Source: Macrostomum lignano (Eukaryota). From it: 64,000 nt of DNA. The stretch is from contig NIVC01001500.1 in assembly GCA_002269645.1 (NCBI GenBank), forward strand, positions 213,935 to 277,934. The letters run 5' to 3'. The translations under genes and the position numbers were made by a program. Below are positions 48,448-60,484 of this stretch, piece by piece. Each line of letters begins with the position of its first letter. Position 1 is the first letter of the stretch. Under the pieces are notes generated by a model. The model saw only the letters and a list, made by a program, of their open reading frames with translations. It was not told where the DNA came from and searched no databases.

Positions 48448-49065
48448 GTAAGTTCATCATCAACCCACACATATATAATTATAATTTTCTTCGTGGTATT
48501 AAAGGGTAAGCGCTTTATTCCGCCCTTTTTACACTGGTGTTGGGACAATAGCAGAAACTAATCTTAATCTCACTCCCAAATTAGCCCAAATTAGCCCTCT
48601 GGCCGGACCCACTTCGAACTCTGAGCGGAAGATCGCGTCTTCGTTGGAATCGACCCGTCCCCAGGCAGACACAATACAGTACGAATCTCCAGCCCTCTAA
48701 GAAATAACGCAGCTCACTCAACATGCTCTTGGATTCCACGAGTAACCACGAGCGACAGGCTTGGTTGCGCGGAGCGTTGAGTAGTGTCGTAGTTGACTGA
48801 CTCAGCTGAGTGAGCTCTCGATCGTCAGATTTTATCTGAGTATCTGAGTCTGAGTAGACTCTGCGCACCCCTTATGCCATCAACCTCAACTTAAAAATCA
48901 TACAAATATTGTACACTGCTTCACCCTTGGTGCACCGACCCCGACTACAACTGACAATGCGATTAGTGACTGTAGCGCCCTTCTACTTTACTTGTCCATG
49001 AGATTGAGCACGAGCAGTGCGCTTTCTTATTCGCTTTTGTTTCATTCTTTGCACTACAATTTCAG

Positions 49066-49359
49066 TTAAACTGCAAGGTTGCTACGTTTATAAAGGAGAC
49101 TATCGGAATCTAAAATACCATATATCAACCAGCGAGTCAATGACAATTGAGAGCTGCCAAAAGGACTGCAGTCGTTATACCTTCCGCTACTTTGGAGTCG
49201 CTAGAACAGAATGCTGCTGCGGTGATTCAAAAGTTAATCGGAAAATATCTTTAAACAGATGTAACTACAGGTGTCCGGGAAACCTAATGCAGATCTGCGG
49301 TGGTATTAACTGGATGGTTGTGTACGAGCAGCCCGCTACACTCGTTACAGCCTCTGCCG
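49066..49359 (+). CDS. WSC (carbohydrate-binding) domain exon
   Basis: GCY...MTIESCQKDC...FRYFGV...ECCCG...CNYRCPGN...CGG; TTTCAG acceptor, GTAAGA donor, phase 1-1. Confidence 0.85.
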
Positions 49360-50299
49360 GTAAGAATGCCATAATTTATTACGTTCAATTGTTCATTTAT
49401 GAATGGTGTCATTGTCTTATTTCCTCGCTCGATTATAGAGGGTAGAGGGTAGTCTCTAGCTCACTCCTCGTCGGATTCTTAGTAAAAGAAAAAAGTGGAA
49501 GATATTGTTGTCGACTCTATTCTTATCTATTGCAGAGAGTATGTTGTCTGACAGGTGAAACTAACAATCTCCTTTCACGTACAGACGCTTCCCGTCATTA
49601 ACTTTGATACTTCCGAGATCGTAATCTGTGCAGTTAGTGCACAGAAATTTCATTGGGTGCCATTGTACTCAACTAAAAACTGCTTCTGGGCAGCTGCAAG
49701 TTTGACAGTGGATGCAAAAACGAGGCTCGTTTTGGTAAAAAATAACCCACTTTCAGCACTGCCTTCTCGACGTGTGTTTATACCCGGTAGTAGTGTTTAC
49801 TGTTTGCCGAATTTCGATAAAGAATTGACAAAGATTTCGATAACAAATTGCTAGTCATTCCCTCCACTGCAGTGTGGTTCTCTCAATGGAAGAAGTAAAT
49901 GTGAGGCTAGGAGCCCGCTGTGCCGCAGCGTGCTTCGTAAAGACAGTTCAGATGGGTCTCTAATAGCATACGCAAATTATACGGGTCCTGGTAGAATCTG
50001 GTTGAGAACTTTGCTAATAAGAGCCTGGCAGTTCTCCCATTATTCATTACTCCTATTACGCTACAAAGGTGAATGATGGGAAACTTCTATTGAAGGCGGG
50101 CTCCTATCAGTATACAGCATCGCGCAGATTTAGCGGTTCATTTGTGTCTCGAGTTAATTTTACCACTGCCATTTAATATTTTCAGGAGCGCTGTAATACA
50201 TACTTGCACCTGGTGGCTTGAAATGCTTAATTCTATACGATCCCGCATTCGGAAGGAAGCAGTCCTCTGCACACGCGTGTGTGAACTTGTCTAACCAAG

Positions 50300-50990
50300 G
50301 AATTCTAAACCTAGCAATTCCAGCACTTGCTAGGTTTAGGATTCCTTGGTCTAACTAACCATTCACCAACCGTGTCAAATAATTCCATCGTATCAAGGAC
50401 ATGCTTTGTCACACTCCTTAAATTGGTGGGGACCATACAGGACCCGAGTTTTGTTGCTTTTTCTGCTTCCTTCCACGTTAACGCTGCCTCCATCACCTCA
50501 ATATTTACTCAAGTACCGTTGTCACAACAGTAACTTCTAGTGGTCCGGGTGTTTACTATGCCAGTCGGGCTAGATGTGTGTGAAAAAAGCACGGCTGATG
50601 GGGGGGAAGGATTTCACGTTCGTATATTCACCTTTGGTGGGATTAGGGATAACACGACTCTGGACGGTCTGCAGGTGGGGGGAAACAGTCGACGAGCAAC
50701 TTGGAGAGAAAAGCAGCAAAACTTTGCTGCTTAAACGCTTCCTGAAGAATACAGGGGCGATGTGGTCGGGACCCGGCGATTTGAACGGTTTAAACGTATC
50801 GGCGCCAGCTGGAGCAGCTGGAGGGCGCACTCCGCGTATGGCCGGTTCGGATGTTTGTCGATATGGTACAGCAGGGCCAGTTTCGGTATGCCTTCCCGAC
50901 TTCCGCCGCTTCCACCGCTTAATCGAGGTCCAGCTCGGCGTACAGAGACATCTGCAGCATCAAAAGCAACCTAAGCAAACCTTAACCTAA
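50300..50990 (-). pseudogene. Fragments of an R1/LOA-like LINE (pre-RT region and gag-like knuckle remnant)
   Basis: FKPFKSPGPDHIAP...VIPNPTKGEYTNVKSFPPIS resembles KxPGPDGI...IPKPGK...SFRPISL; PSKCWNC near 50320. Confidence 0.65.
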
Positions 50991-51070
50991 CAGTTTGGTC
51001 CGTGCGCCTGACGCCGTCACCACTCCCCATCACCTATCCACCCTGGCACACCTGCGCAACGGTACCTGAT

Positions 51071-52347
51071 CTAGTACCGCAGCCAATCCGGCGGCCATCG
51101 TTCTCGCACCGGATACCTCCTGGTGGCGTTCTCCTCGTCCGACTGCTCCAACGACTCATTCAACACTCCCGACACGACGCTCTGGGGTGACTCCGATCCC
51201 CTCGTACTCACTTCGACCTCGCCTAGCTGCTGATCTCGTGGCAGGTCTCTCTGGCGATATTCCATCATCTCCTCCACTTCCTCATCTTCTTCAGGTCCTT
51301 CCGGCGGCTCGGCAGCTTCAGTCACACTGTCTTGCCCAACCGTCTCCTCTGCAGGTGTCACTCTCTTGAACGGCGACAAATTGTTGAAGTGAACCCTCTT
51401 GGTTTTCCTTCTATTCGACGGGTTCTGCACCTCGTACACCGCTTCCGAAATCTTGCGCACTACTTCCACTGGTCCTTTCCAGTCGATCCGAAACTTATTG
51501 GGCACCTCTCCCGGCACCTCTCCGGAAAACAAAGACTTTATCACCGGGTTGGTACGCTGATCCACGGACCTTCTTGTCGCAGTAGTCCTTCTGCACCTTC
51601 TGATAAGTACCAGTTGCTCGCCTCACCGCCTCGTGCGCCCTGCCCAGAATGTCTCTTAAGGCCGTTACGTACGACGTCCCCGCCGGAATCTCTCGTGGCG
51701 TTCTGTACGCAACGTTTAGCGGTAACCGCATTTCTCGACCATGCAGTAAAAAAATAAGGCGTATAGCTCGTGCCGCGGTGCACAATCGACCGGTACGCCA
51801 TCAACGCCGAATCAATCAGGTCTTCCCATCTGCGATGCAACTCCTTATCACCGACTTCAGGGTTTGGTTGAACTTCTCCACCTGCCCGTTACCGCTCGGG
51901 TGATAGGCCGTAGTCCGGGTCTTATGGATTCTAAGCAGAGTGCACAGCTCGCACATCACTCTGGACTCAAAATTGCGTCCCTGGTCACTGTGAATCGAAC
52001 TCGGGCAACCATAGACACTGATCCAGTGGGCAAATATTGCTCGAGCGACGGTGTGAGCTCTCTGATTGCGGATCGGGATCGCTTCTGGCCACTTAGAAAA
52101 CGCGTCCTGCAGCTCTGGCACTTCTTGGCAACGGCCCAACAATATCCACCATCACTCTCTCGAACAGTGGCTCGAGCGGCGCTCTGGCGTCCTTTGCCAG
52201 CTTCAACTTGGCACACGCTTCGCAGCTCCGCAGAAATTCCACGATTTCGCGACTAATTCCGGGTCTCCAGAACCGTGACAGGACCTTCCGCTTTGTCTTT
52301 TGCAGGCCGAAATGGCCGCCCGCCACGCCACTATGACAGTGCATCAA
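51071..52347 (-). pseudogene. Gypsy integrase (HHCC, rve core, C-terminal GPY/F-like region), frameshifted
   Basis: HSGVAGGHFG...CEAC; IHSDQGRNFES; TTAYHPSGNGQVEKFNQTL; WKGP..V; VHFNNL. Confidence 0.9.
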
Positions 52348-52449
52348 GATCCTCCGCAGCAGACACTGTGGTAGAACAATCTATTACCATGACAGAGCCC
52401 GCTGCGATGCACTACGTAGTAGTCGAATTCTGCCAGCTTCTCGAGCCAC

Positions 52450-54786
52450 CTAGCACACTGACCTTCCGGACCCTTCAGATTGTGAATCCACTTCAAGTTG
52501 TTGTGATCCTTTCGCAAGCAGAATCTTCTTCCGGCCAGATAGTACCGATACTTGACCATGAACGTCACCACCGCCAACAGCTCTACTCTCATCGTGCAAT
52601 AGTTCCGCTCTGCCGATGACAGCGATCTTGAGCCATACTAAATAACCTTGCTTCTGAGACAACACAGCGCCAATGCCGATGGATGAGCTCGCATCTGTGT
52701 CGAGGATGAACTCACCAGCCTCGGGACCAAAATCCGGAAACGCCATCACATCTGTACTCGTCAGCCGCGCTTTCAAGTTCCGGAACGATCGCTCATCGTC
52801 CGGTCCCCACTCAAACTCGACACCTTTGCGAGTCAACCTGAGCAGCGGCTCGGCAACACTCGAGAAGTTTTTGATAAATCGGCGATAATAGCTGCACAAT
52901 CCCATGAACGATTGCCCGTCTCTGGTGTTCTTCGGTTGGGGCCAGTTTCTGATCACTTTGACCTTCTCGCTCTCCGTCTCCACTCCTGCCTCCGACACCT
53001 GATGGCCCAGGAACGTTACCTTCTTCATCAGAAAATGACACTTCTCTGGCTTCAACTTCACTCCAGCCTTCCGCAGCCGAATGAACACCTCTTCTAACCT
53101 TTCTAGATGCTCGTGAACCGTCTTGGACCACACGAGGATATCGTCCAGGTAGATTAAGCACGTCTTCCAGGCCACGTCGCGCATTGCTAGAGCCATCAGC
53201 CGCGTGAAAGTTGCAGGGCTATTGACGAGTCCAAACAGCATCACTTTCCACACGTACTGACCCTTCAGAGGCACCGAGAAGGCCGTCTTGAGTTGATCCT
53301 CCAGTCTTACTTTCACCTGCCAATAGCCGCTGTGGAGGTCCATCGAACTAAACACTCTTGCTCCCGCCAGTTCGTCCAACGCATCGTCCAACCTCGGCAA
53401 CGGAATAGCATTTCTCGTCGTTACTTTATTCAAACCACGGTAGTCTACACACATCCGTAGGCTGCCATCCTTCTTGCGTACACAAACGATTGGAGCGTTC
53501 CAAGGAGACTGCGCTGACTCGATGCGTCCCTGCTCCTCTAGCTCATCCACGAGAGCATGCACTTCTTGCCTAAGGTGCGGGGGCAGTCTTCGCGGCGGGA
53601 TGTTGACCGGCTTGGCCTCTCCAGTGTCGATCTGGTACTCCACCAAGGGTGTCACACCCAACTGTGCTGAGTCCGTCACGAAAAGATCACCATACGAGTC
53701 GACTAAGTCCTTAAACCGCCGACGCTGCTCCTCAGTCGTCATTCCGTCGCCCCACTTGCCGAGCTTCTCAAAAACTTTGTCCTCTTCGAGTTCCTCGGCC
53801 TTATCTGTCCTGCTGGGACGTTCCTTGGAATCGCTCTGCAACGCCGCGATCCTTGGCTGCTCTTCCAGTTCCAGCGGTCGATACCAGCCAACAGCCTCTC
53901 CTCGCCGCAACCGCACCGGTTGCTCTGATAGGTTGCAGACACGAACCACAATCTTTCCGCTCTCGTCTGGTGTCACAAGCGCTCTCGCGGCAACCACCCC
54001 AGTTCCCTTGGGGTGCTTCAACGGATCCATAATTCCTGCTACTCGGACATTTCGACCTCCCCTCGTATCCAGTCGGCCGAGCAGAACCGCCTCGTGGCCT
54101 GGTTTAACCGTTGCTGTATCATTCAGGCGAATCCGGCACGCCACTGGTCGCTCTCGTTGGAACCGGATGGGAAGCACTACATTCCTGAGTCGCAGCTCTG
54201 CTCTGGCATAATCGATTTGGCAGCCGTGCCGTTGCAGGAAATCCGAACCCAGCACGAGGTCGTAATCAATACCCGACACTACCAGCTCGTCGATAGGCAC
54301 CTTCTCATCAATTTCTAAGTCCAACGTGGTGACACCAATCACTTGAATGGGGCTGCCATTTGCAGTCGTGACTTTGGCGAATGACCCCCGGAAGAGCTCT
54401 GGTTTGTGCCGCAACCGTGAGAACATCGCCTCCGACATGATGGTACACGAGGCTCCCGAGTCCAACAGCGCTGAAACGTGATTATCTTTGGCAATCTTTA
54501 TACTCACATAGACTGACGTCGGGACGATGTTGATGGTGGCCTGTGAAATACTCGGATTCAGAATGGTGCTAGATGCTCTAGTTAGCGGTGTCGCAGCCGG
54601 TGCAAACGACGATGAAGCAGCAGGTGGAATGGTTGATGACGCAAGAGGTGGGACGATTGATGCCGCAACAGGTGGGACGACTGATGACGCAGCAGGTAGG
54701 ATGATTGATGACGCAGCAGGTGGGACGACTGATGACGCAGCAGGTAGGATGATTGATGACGCAGCAGGTGGGACGATTAATGACAC
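52450..54786 (-). CDS. Gypsy pol: aspartic protease, reverse transcriptase, RNase H start
   Basis: ALLDSGAS; RMCVDYRGLN; SMDLHSGYWQV; IYLDDILV; ILDTDAS. Confidence 0.93.
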   Translation of the reverse strand: MSLIVPPAASSIILPAASSVVPPAASSIILPAASSVVPPVAASIVPPLASSTIPPAASSSFAPAATPLTRASSTILNPSISQATINIVPTSVYVSIKIAKDNHVSALLDSGASCTIMSEAMFSRLRHKPELFRGSFAKVTTANGSPIQVIGVTTLDLEIDEKVPIDELVVSGIDYDLVLGSDFLQRHGCQIDYARAELRLRNVVLPIRFQRERPVACRIRLNDTATVKPGHEAVLLGRLDTRGGRNVRVAGIMDPLKHPKGTGVVAARALVTPDESGKIVVRVCNLSEQPVRLRRGEAVGWYRPLELEEQPRIAALQSDSKERPSRTDKAEELEEDKVFEKLGKWGDGMTTEEQRRRFKDLVDSYGDLFVTDSAQLGVTPLVEYQIDTGEAKPVNIPPRRLPPHLRQEVHALVDELEEQGRIESAQSPWNAPIVCVRKKDGSLRMCVDYRGLNKVTTRNAIPLPRLDDALDELAGARVFSSMDLHSGYWQVKVRLEDQLKTAFSVPLKGQYVWKVMLFGLVNSPATFTRLMALAMRDVAWKTCLIYLDDILVWSKTVHEHLERLEEVFIRLRKAGVKLKPEKCHFLMKKVTFLGHQVSEAGVETESEKVKVIRNWPQPKNTRDGQSFMGLCSYYRRFIKNFSSVAEPLLRLTRKGVEFEWGPDDERSFRNLKARLTSTDVMAFPDFGPEAGEFILDTDASSSIGIGAVLSQKQGYLVWLKIAVIGRAELLHDESRAVGGGDVHGQVSVLSGRKKILLAKGSQQLEVDSQSEGSGRSVC

Positions 54787-54915
54787 AACAGGTGGGACTA
54801 TTTGGGATGCAACAGGTGAGATGATGAGATGATTGATGACGCAACAGGTGGGACGATTGATGACGCAACAGGTGGGACGATTTATGACGCAGCAGGTAGG
54901 ATGATTGATGAAGAG
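54590..54915. repeat. 24-bp tandem repeat at the gag-pol junction (SIILPAAS/SVVPPAAS)
   Basis: TGATGACGCAGCAGGT(A/G)GGA(T/C)GA(T/C) units. Confidence 0.9.
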
Positions 54916-54979
54916 TTAAATGTCACCTGATCCCTTCTCCTCGACGGCTCCATTTGGGGGCGTACCTGACCTCCGGGGC

Positions 54980-55920
54980 TCACTTCCCCCACTGCGGGCC
55001 CCGCTCTCCATTTCCCTCCGCGCGACACTTGGCAGCCACGTGACCAAGTTTGCCACACCGGTGGCACCGAATGCCGCGTCCCGCTTGAGCTCCTTGGTGC
55101 GGACCTCCGGCTCTCTTCCGACAGCGGTTCGCCATGTGCCCCTTCTCATGACAGTTCCAACATTCCACATCGCTGTGTTGATTCGCTGGCGCTGGTCTCT
55201 GAGAACCCTTCCCTCCGCCAGATCCTGACGCCTGACTCTGCCGTAGCTGCCGTTCCTGCTCCTCTATCCTGGCCCGCAGAGCGCCGACGTCCTCTTGATT
55301 TGCCTCCCCGGCTGCGCCCACAGCGTTGAACGCCGCCGTCTTGCCTCGGCCCGGCTGCCCCACGTGGGCCGCTCGAATTGCTGCGTCCAGCTGCCGGGCA
55401 CTCCTGATCGCAGCAGCGAGACTCTCCGGCTGGCTAAGAAATAATTTCTCCCGGACTGACTCGGCTACTCGCACACCTTTCATGAACCGGTCCTTGGCCA
55501 GCTCCGACCTCGCGTCCTGATCAATCGTCGGATAGGCGTTCCGGACTATCTCGAGCAGGGCGTCACCGTAGGCCTCCTTCGACTCCTTCTGATCTTGGTC
55601 CCGTCCCGCCAGCTCCAACCTGAAGTCCTGCGGAGTCCGATGCTGCGTGAACCTGTTCCGCAGATGCTCAGTGAACTCCTCATACTCCAAACCATCCGCC
55701 AGATTAAGGTTGTCCACCGCGATATAAGCTGTGTTGAGATCCAGCAGACTCATCAGATGTGGCCTTCGCCTCACAGAATTCGTTGAAACTCCTCAACCAC
55801 AGGCGAAAATTCATCCCAGTCACATACTTCACCGGCTTTGCCACTCTTGGAGGCCCATGGTTCAAATTCTAGCGCAGCCTGTCCGTCAGCGCACCAATCA
55901 GGTCATCGATACCAGCCATG
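54980..55920 (-). pseudogene. Gypsy gag with two CCHC zinc knuckles (one stop and one frameshift in the 5' part)
   Basis: CWNCHEKGHMANRC and CHRCGKLGHVAAKC; probable ATG at 55920 (MAGIDDL...). Confidence 0.88.
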
Positions 55921-56093
55921 AGTCACAGTACAGCAGCGCAAAACTTTCCGATGCACGATTAAGAAGCTCAGCTCCGCATTCGCTGCTGGCAATATTGTAT
56001 TGCCAGCAAAACAATAACCCCAGACGATCAGTCAACACAATAAACAATAAACAATGCAACAGACACTCGCCTTCACAACTTACAGACACAGCA

Positions 56094-56112
56094 GGCCCAA
56101 CATTAGGCGCCA
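56094..56112 (-). promoter_or_regulatory. Primer-binding site, tRNA-Lys type (TGGCGCCTAATGTTGGGCC)
   Basis: 3 nt after the LTR end; close to the canonical Lys PBS TGGCGCCCAACGTGGGGC. Confidence 0.8.
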
Positions 56113-56300
56113 ATTTGTTGTACTCGCGACTCTCAGAAAGGGTGCACCTACGAGGGTTAGAGTACGCGGGCCCGTGCTGGCCTGTGTCAGGGCGCGAGTG
56201 TCCGCACGGGACCCTAAGTCTGGGGCGTCAAGGCGCACCCAAGTGGCCGGCACACGCGTAGGGACGCTGTGATGTCGATCACCTTCAGCAGGGCGTCAGG

Positions 56301-56303
<3 letters not shown>

Positions 56304-56346
<43 letters not shown>
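56304..56346. repeat. (GT)n microsatellite
   Basis: About 21 units. Confidence 0.98.
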
Positions 56347-56350
<4 letters not shown>

Positions 56351-59259
56351 GCACGGGGCATTTGTTGGGCCATACGCGTACAACGGGACCCGCACTGTTG
56401 GGCCAAAAAAAATGTTGGTACTGTCCCATCAAGTCCGTCCAACACTTCCAAAAAACTTACAATAGCAGCTCAAAAAAATACTCTATGGATTCAGCTCGAC
56501 AGCCTCTTTTTGATGGTGCAACTCATTTTTAATAATTTTACTTGCTGTGTCAATAAATAAGCAAAAACTGGCGTCCCAATAAGGAAAAATGATACAAAAT
56601 TCGACCAAATCACTATTGGGACACTGAAATGGCTAATCTGCTCCCGCATATTTTTATTGTTTTTTCTCATATTTTTACTAATAGTAGATTTCAAGCGCAT
56701 TCATTTGCTGCAGTCTTTGTTTCAAGACGTAAATACATAGCATACATTAAAATACATACAAAGCAAAGCATAGCAAAACACTTTTAAGGGTATTTTATTG
56801 TCAAAGGATGGTTCTAGATGGAGATAAACCTAAAGAAATGACAAGGGCTTACATGTACTTCTGACTGTGATGGGCATCAGTACTCTACACGAACTAAATT
56901 GTTAGGACAGTGTTGCAGTGTTGAATACAACAGCCCACTCTTGTTAGGACTCATGCTATTGACTGCTGCGCGCATTCGATATTCTATAAATTGTTGGAAC
57001 TGTGTGCTAGTGTCGTTTACAAAAGCCCACTCATATTAGGACTTACCCCGTACATGTTAGGACTAAGCCCTACCCCCCTGTGTACATGGCTCCAATTTAC
57101 CAGAGTCCCCTTGCTAGTTAAGTGTACATTTATTTTGGTCTATTATTTACGCCACCCCGCAAACGTACGGTAAAACTAAATTGGCATGTACTCGCTATGC
57201 TGAAATCAATGGTCAACTCTGCCTCTGCCATGGCACCCGAGTCACCATGGTATGGAAAGAACAGCATGGAATGGCACAGCGAGAAACATGTAAGTGGTAT
57301 TAAAAGCTTTGTCGGAAACAAGAAGCATTTATATTTAAATGCTATAAAAAATACTGCTCCTACTTATTTCTATCTCTACTTCAGGTATATCATCTTTGCT
57401 ACACTGTCATGTGGCGCAATTGCCAAAGGATCCGTCGACTTTAACCGGTAAGCTGTAAAAGCTTTGAGTAAAACTTGACATTTCGTCTGAATCCATTGAT
57501 ATTCAATAGCCTACGTGTCCAACCACAAAAATTATAAGTTTTGTACTTTTAACTCTCAGATTGGGTCTTAGCAGATTCTATAGCTATGCATGCAAGGGCC
57601 CCTCAGAGGAGATGCTTAAACACTGCATTGCATTTTTCCTAGCAATTATTGGGACACGAAGTGTTGGGCCACTGTGTGTGTGTGTCTAGTTTTTTCCGCA
57701 TTTGTTAAGTCACCTAAAGAACTCAATTAATAAAGGGCTCCAGAACAAATTGATGGGCAAACGGATGGCACACTGCACAGAGACTTGTTGGGACATATTA
57801 AAAAACAGCTTATTTTAGAATGGGTATACTTTACTAAAGTAGAATGCTCCTACAGAAAGCTGCAAGCAAACTAGCATCTTCTGGAGCTGACATGCAGAGA
57901 AGAATGATTTTGTCGTCCTTGAAATCACTAAATAGATATGCGAAATCGATCTTTTGCTAATCCCACCACAGGTTCCAGTGAAAAGAAGAAACGAAACCCA
58001 TTGACTAAATTGGCAGTCGACTCAATCGATGCCGCTGCAACGGACCTGTCAGCACTACTATGGACTGGCAGATGGCGCGATTTTGGAGGTGAGGTGGGTG
58101 TCAACCCTCCTCGCCTCTCATTGGCTGGCGCCCCGATCACTAGGTGATCGATACCCGTATCGATATCGGCGCTCGGCGCGCGCGCGCCGCAGGCGCGTGG
58201 CGCCAAGCGCCGTCCAGCCGCAGGCGACCCTCCCCAGCCACCGGCGACCCTCCCCAGCCGCAGGCGCACCTACCGATATGTATGCCCACCCTACCGATAT
58301 GTACCCGATATGTACACCCTCCCGAGCCGCAGGCGCACCCTCCCGAGCCGTAGGCGCCCATGCCGCAGACGCCCATGCCGCAGACGCCCATGCCGCAGGC
58401 ACCCCGAGTGTACACTCTACCGAGCCGCAGGCACCCCGAGTGTACACTCTACCGATATGTACACTCTACCACTCTCCCGATATGTAGTCAACGATATTAG
58501 GCTAGTGAAAACTACTTATAGTAGGTGAAATTGAGTATATTTACATAAAAATGTAGATAAAACATATTGGTAGGTGAATAATGACGCATATTGCATATTA
58601 AAATGTACATATTGGAGCATATGAGCAGCAAAAACACAGGTGTAGGTGTATGGGCAGAAATAGACAAAGCAGGTACTGTAGGCGCTACATAGGTGGAAAT
58701 ACACACAGCAGGTTTACAAAGTGTACTTTCGATACATATCGGATTAATGTATAAAGCAGGTTTACAAGGCATGCATAAGGTGTAGTTGTATAATACAGGC
58801 ACGCATGTATAATCAGATTATAGGCAAACGCCCAGGTGCAACAGACGCGTAAATAATGTCGCACCGACTAAAGAGTAAATATTGTCTAACCCGCAGGTGC
58901 ATAAATATTAAACAAAAGCGGTTCGGGAAATCCCAAAAGGGAGGTTTTAGCCGCCCGTTTTCGCCACCGCCGCCGCCGCCCTAACCCTCTTATAGGTACA
59001 ATTGCGTTGAAAGTATTTCGAGTCATTAGGTTGTAATGACCCTCCATATTTTAGGTGGGTGGACTCGAGCCCGGGGCCCGCCCATTTCAGTTTTTTGGGC
59101 CGGCCCTCTGCCAATTTCCTCCCTAGGAGCGAGCTATCAGAATTGGTCTTTTAACCCCCGTGTATACACACATAGAGGCCCCCCAGCTAGCGCCCATTCT
59201 AACCTACCCAGTGTACAGTGTTGGGTTCCCCAAACCGCGTACAAAGAGAAATACCCTTA

Positions 59260-60274
59260 TCAGTCAATCTCCATACGCTCCCTCAGGGCTGTCTCGTACG
59301 CGGCCTCTTCCTCCACGCTCTCGAAGCAGTAGTCGGATGACTGGCAATGTGGAAATTATAACAGTCAATGTAGATAGAATATATGCAAGGTATATGATTA
59401 GATGAGTTGTGTATATAATGTAATATCTTACCAAATCTAAATCGTCCTCCAGCCGCCACAGACGTAGAGACGCTGTATAGCGCACCAACGAAAGGTGCTC
59501 CTCCCAGTTGGAGGGCCATGCGACGGGCTCATCCCACGCAGTTGGCCGCGCTCCCGGACCGGCCAGGTACGCCTCAGAGTCGGGGGCATACGAATTGCGC
59601 CCCATCAACCAGTCCTGGTGCAGAGTCTCAGCCTCCAACACCTCCCGTAGGCCGGCACCCCTCGCAACCAAAGTATCAAGAACCCGATTAAAGGCTCTGA
59701 CAAAGGTAGCTTGGGAGGGCAGCCCGCCTGGATGCCGAGACCTCAGCCAGTCAATGTCCCCGCGGAAAAATGAGGCCACAATGCGAGGAAAGCGCTCACG
59801 AACCACGGCGATCTCCTCAGACATATCCTCGTCCTCGTCGTCGAAGAGAAGGAGCGTAGCGGCTGATGATATTGAGGCCCGGTGGGAGGTAGTTGAAGCA
59901 GCAGCAGAGACGGGCGTAGTAGAGGCGGCAGCAGCAGAGACGGGCGCAGCAGAGGCAGGGCCGGTTGTGGTCAGCTCCTCAACAGAGACGTCAAAGAGGG
60001 CGGCTGAGGCGGTAGTCAAATCGGAGGCAGTAGCAGCAGGGGCACCGTTCACAACCCCGCCGATAGCCAGCAGCGGGAGGTCAAAAACTTCAGACTCGGT
60101 GTCGCTATCATAGGACATAGCCCAAGCTAGATATTGATCAGCCTCCCAATTATCACTTCCGTTGTTTTCAGTGCCTAGGGGAACTATGTGTTCAGGGATA
60201 TCCCCGTCGAGGCTGGTTAACTCTTCAGTCGGGCGATTATTATCCCAGAGGTTGGATAGAGCTCGGCGGGACAT
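59260..60274 (-). CDS. Spliced orphan gene of the Polinton (about 307 aa; exons 60274-59432 and 59340-59260)
   Basis: ATG at 60274; TTG|GTAAGA donor; TTGCCAG acceptor; phase 0, giving SSDYCFESVEEEAAYETALRERMEID*. Confidence 0.7.
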
Positions 60275-60346
60275 GCTAGAATCAACAGAGAGTAAAGTAT
60301 TAGAGCTGAGATAGGGTTTGACTCTCTGGAGAGGGGGAAACACTAA

Positions 60347-60354
60347 TTATATAG
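60347..60354 (-). promoter_or_regulatory. Candidate TATA box (CTATATAA) for the orphan gene
   Basis: About 75 bp upstream of the ATG at 60274. Confidence 0.5.
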
Positions 60355-60484
60355 ACGGATCGAGTGAGGCGGTGCGAACCAATAGGAAACTAGCAGTCCC
60401 AACCCTCGTTAAACAGATTTTCCCAGGGTGGAGATTGGTAGGGTTTGAGACCCATGAGCTGAAGAACATCCACCTCAGTCCCGG

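Larger units (their letters stand above)
51020..56300 (-). mobile_element. Gypsy/Ty3 LTR retrotransposon, decayed (3' LTR largely missing)
   Basis: Order gag-PR-RT-RH-IN; LTR end ...ACAACA at 56116 with PBS; purine tract near 51022-51032. Confidence 0.92.

Noticed and set aside
56393-57676. Transib-like element (CACTGTTGGGCC / GGGCCACTGTG)
   Set aside because: Ends match poorly, with no 5-bp TSD and no transposase.
57972-58088. Candidate plus-strand phase 1-1 exon (SSEKKKRNPL...WRDFG)
   Set aside because: Splice signals are plausible but it cannot be tied to any gene or family from sequence alone.
5420-58126. The two Polinton-like ends as termini of one giant element
   Set aside because: Their interiors point outward from the window centre, and they share no TIR sequence or TSD.
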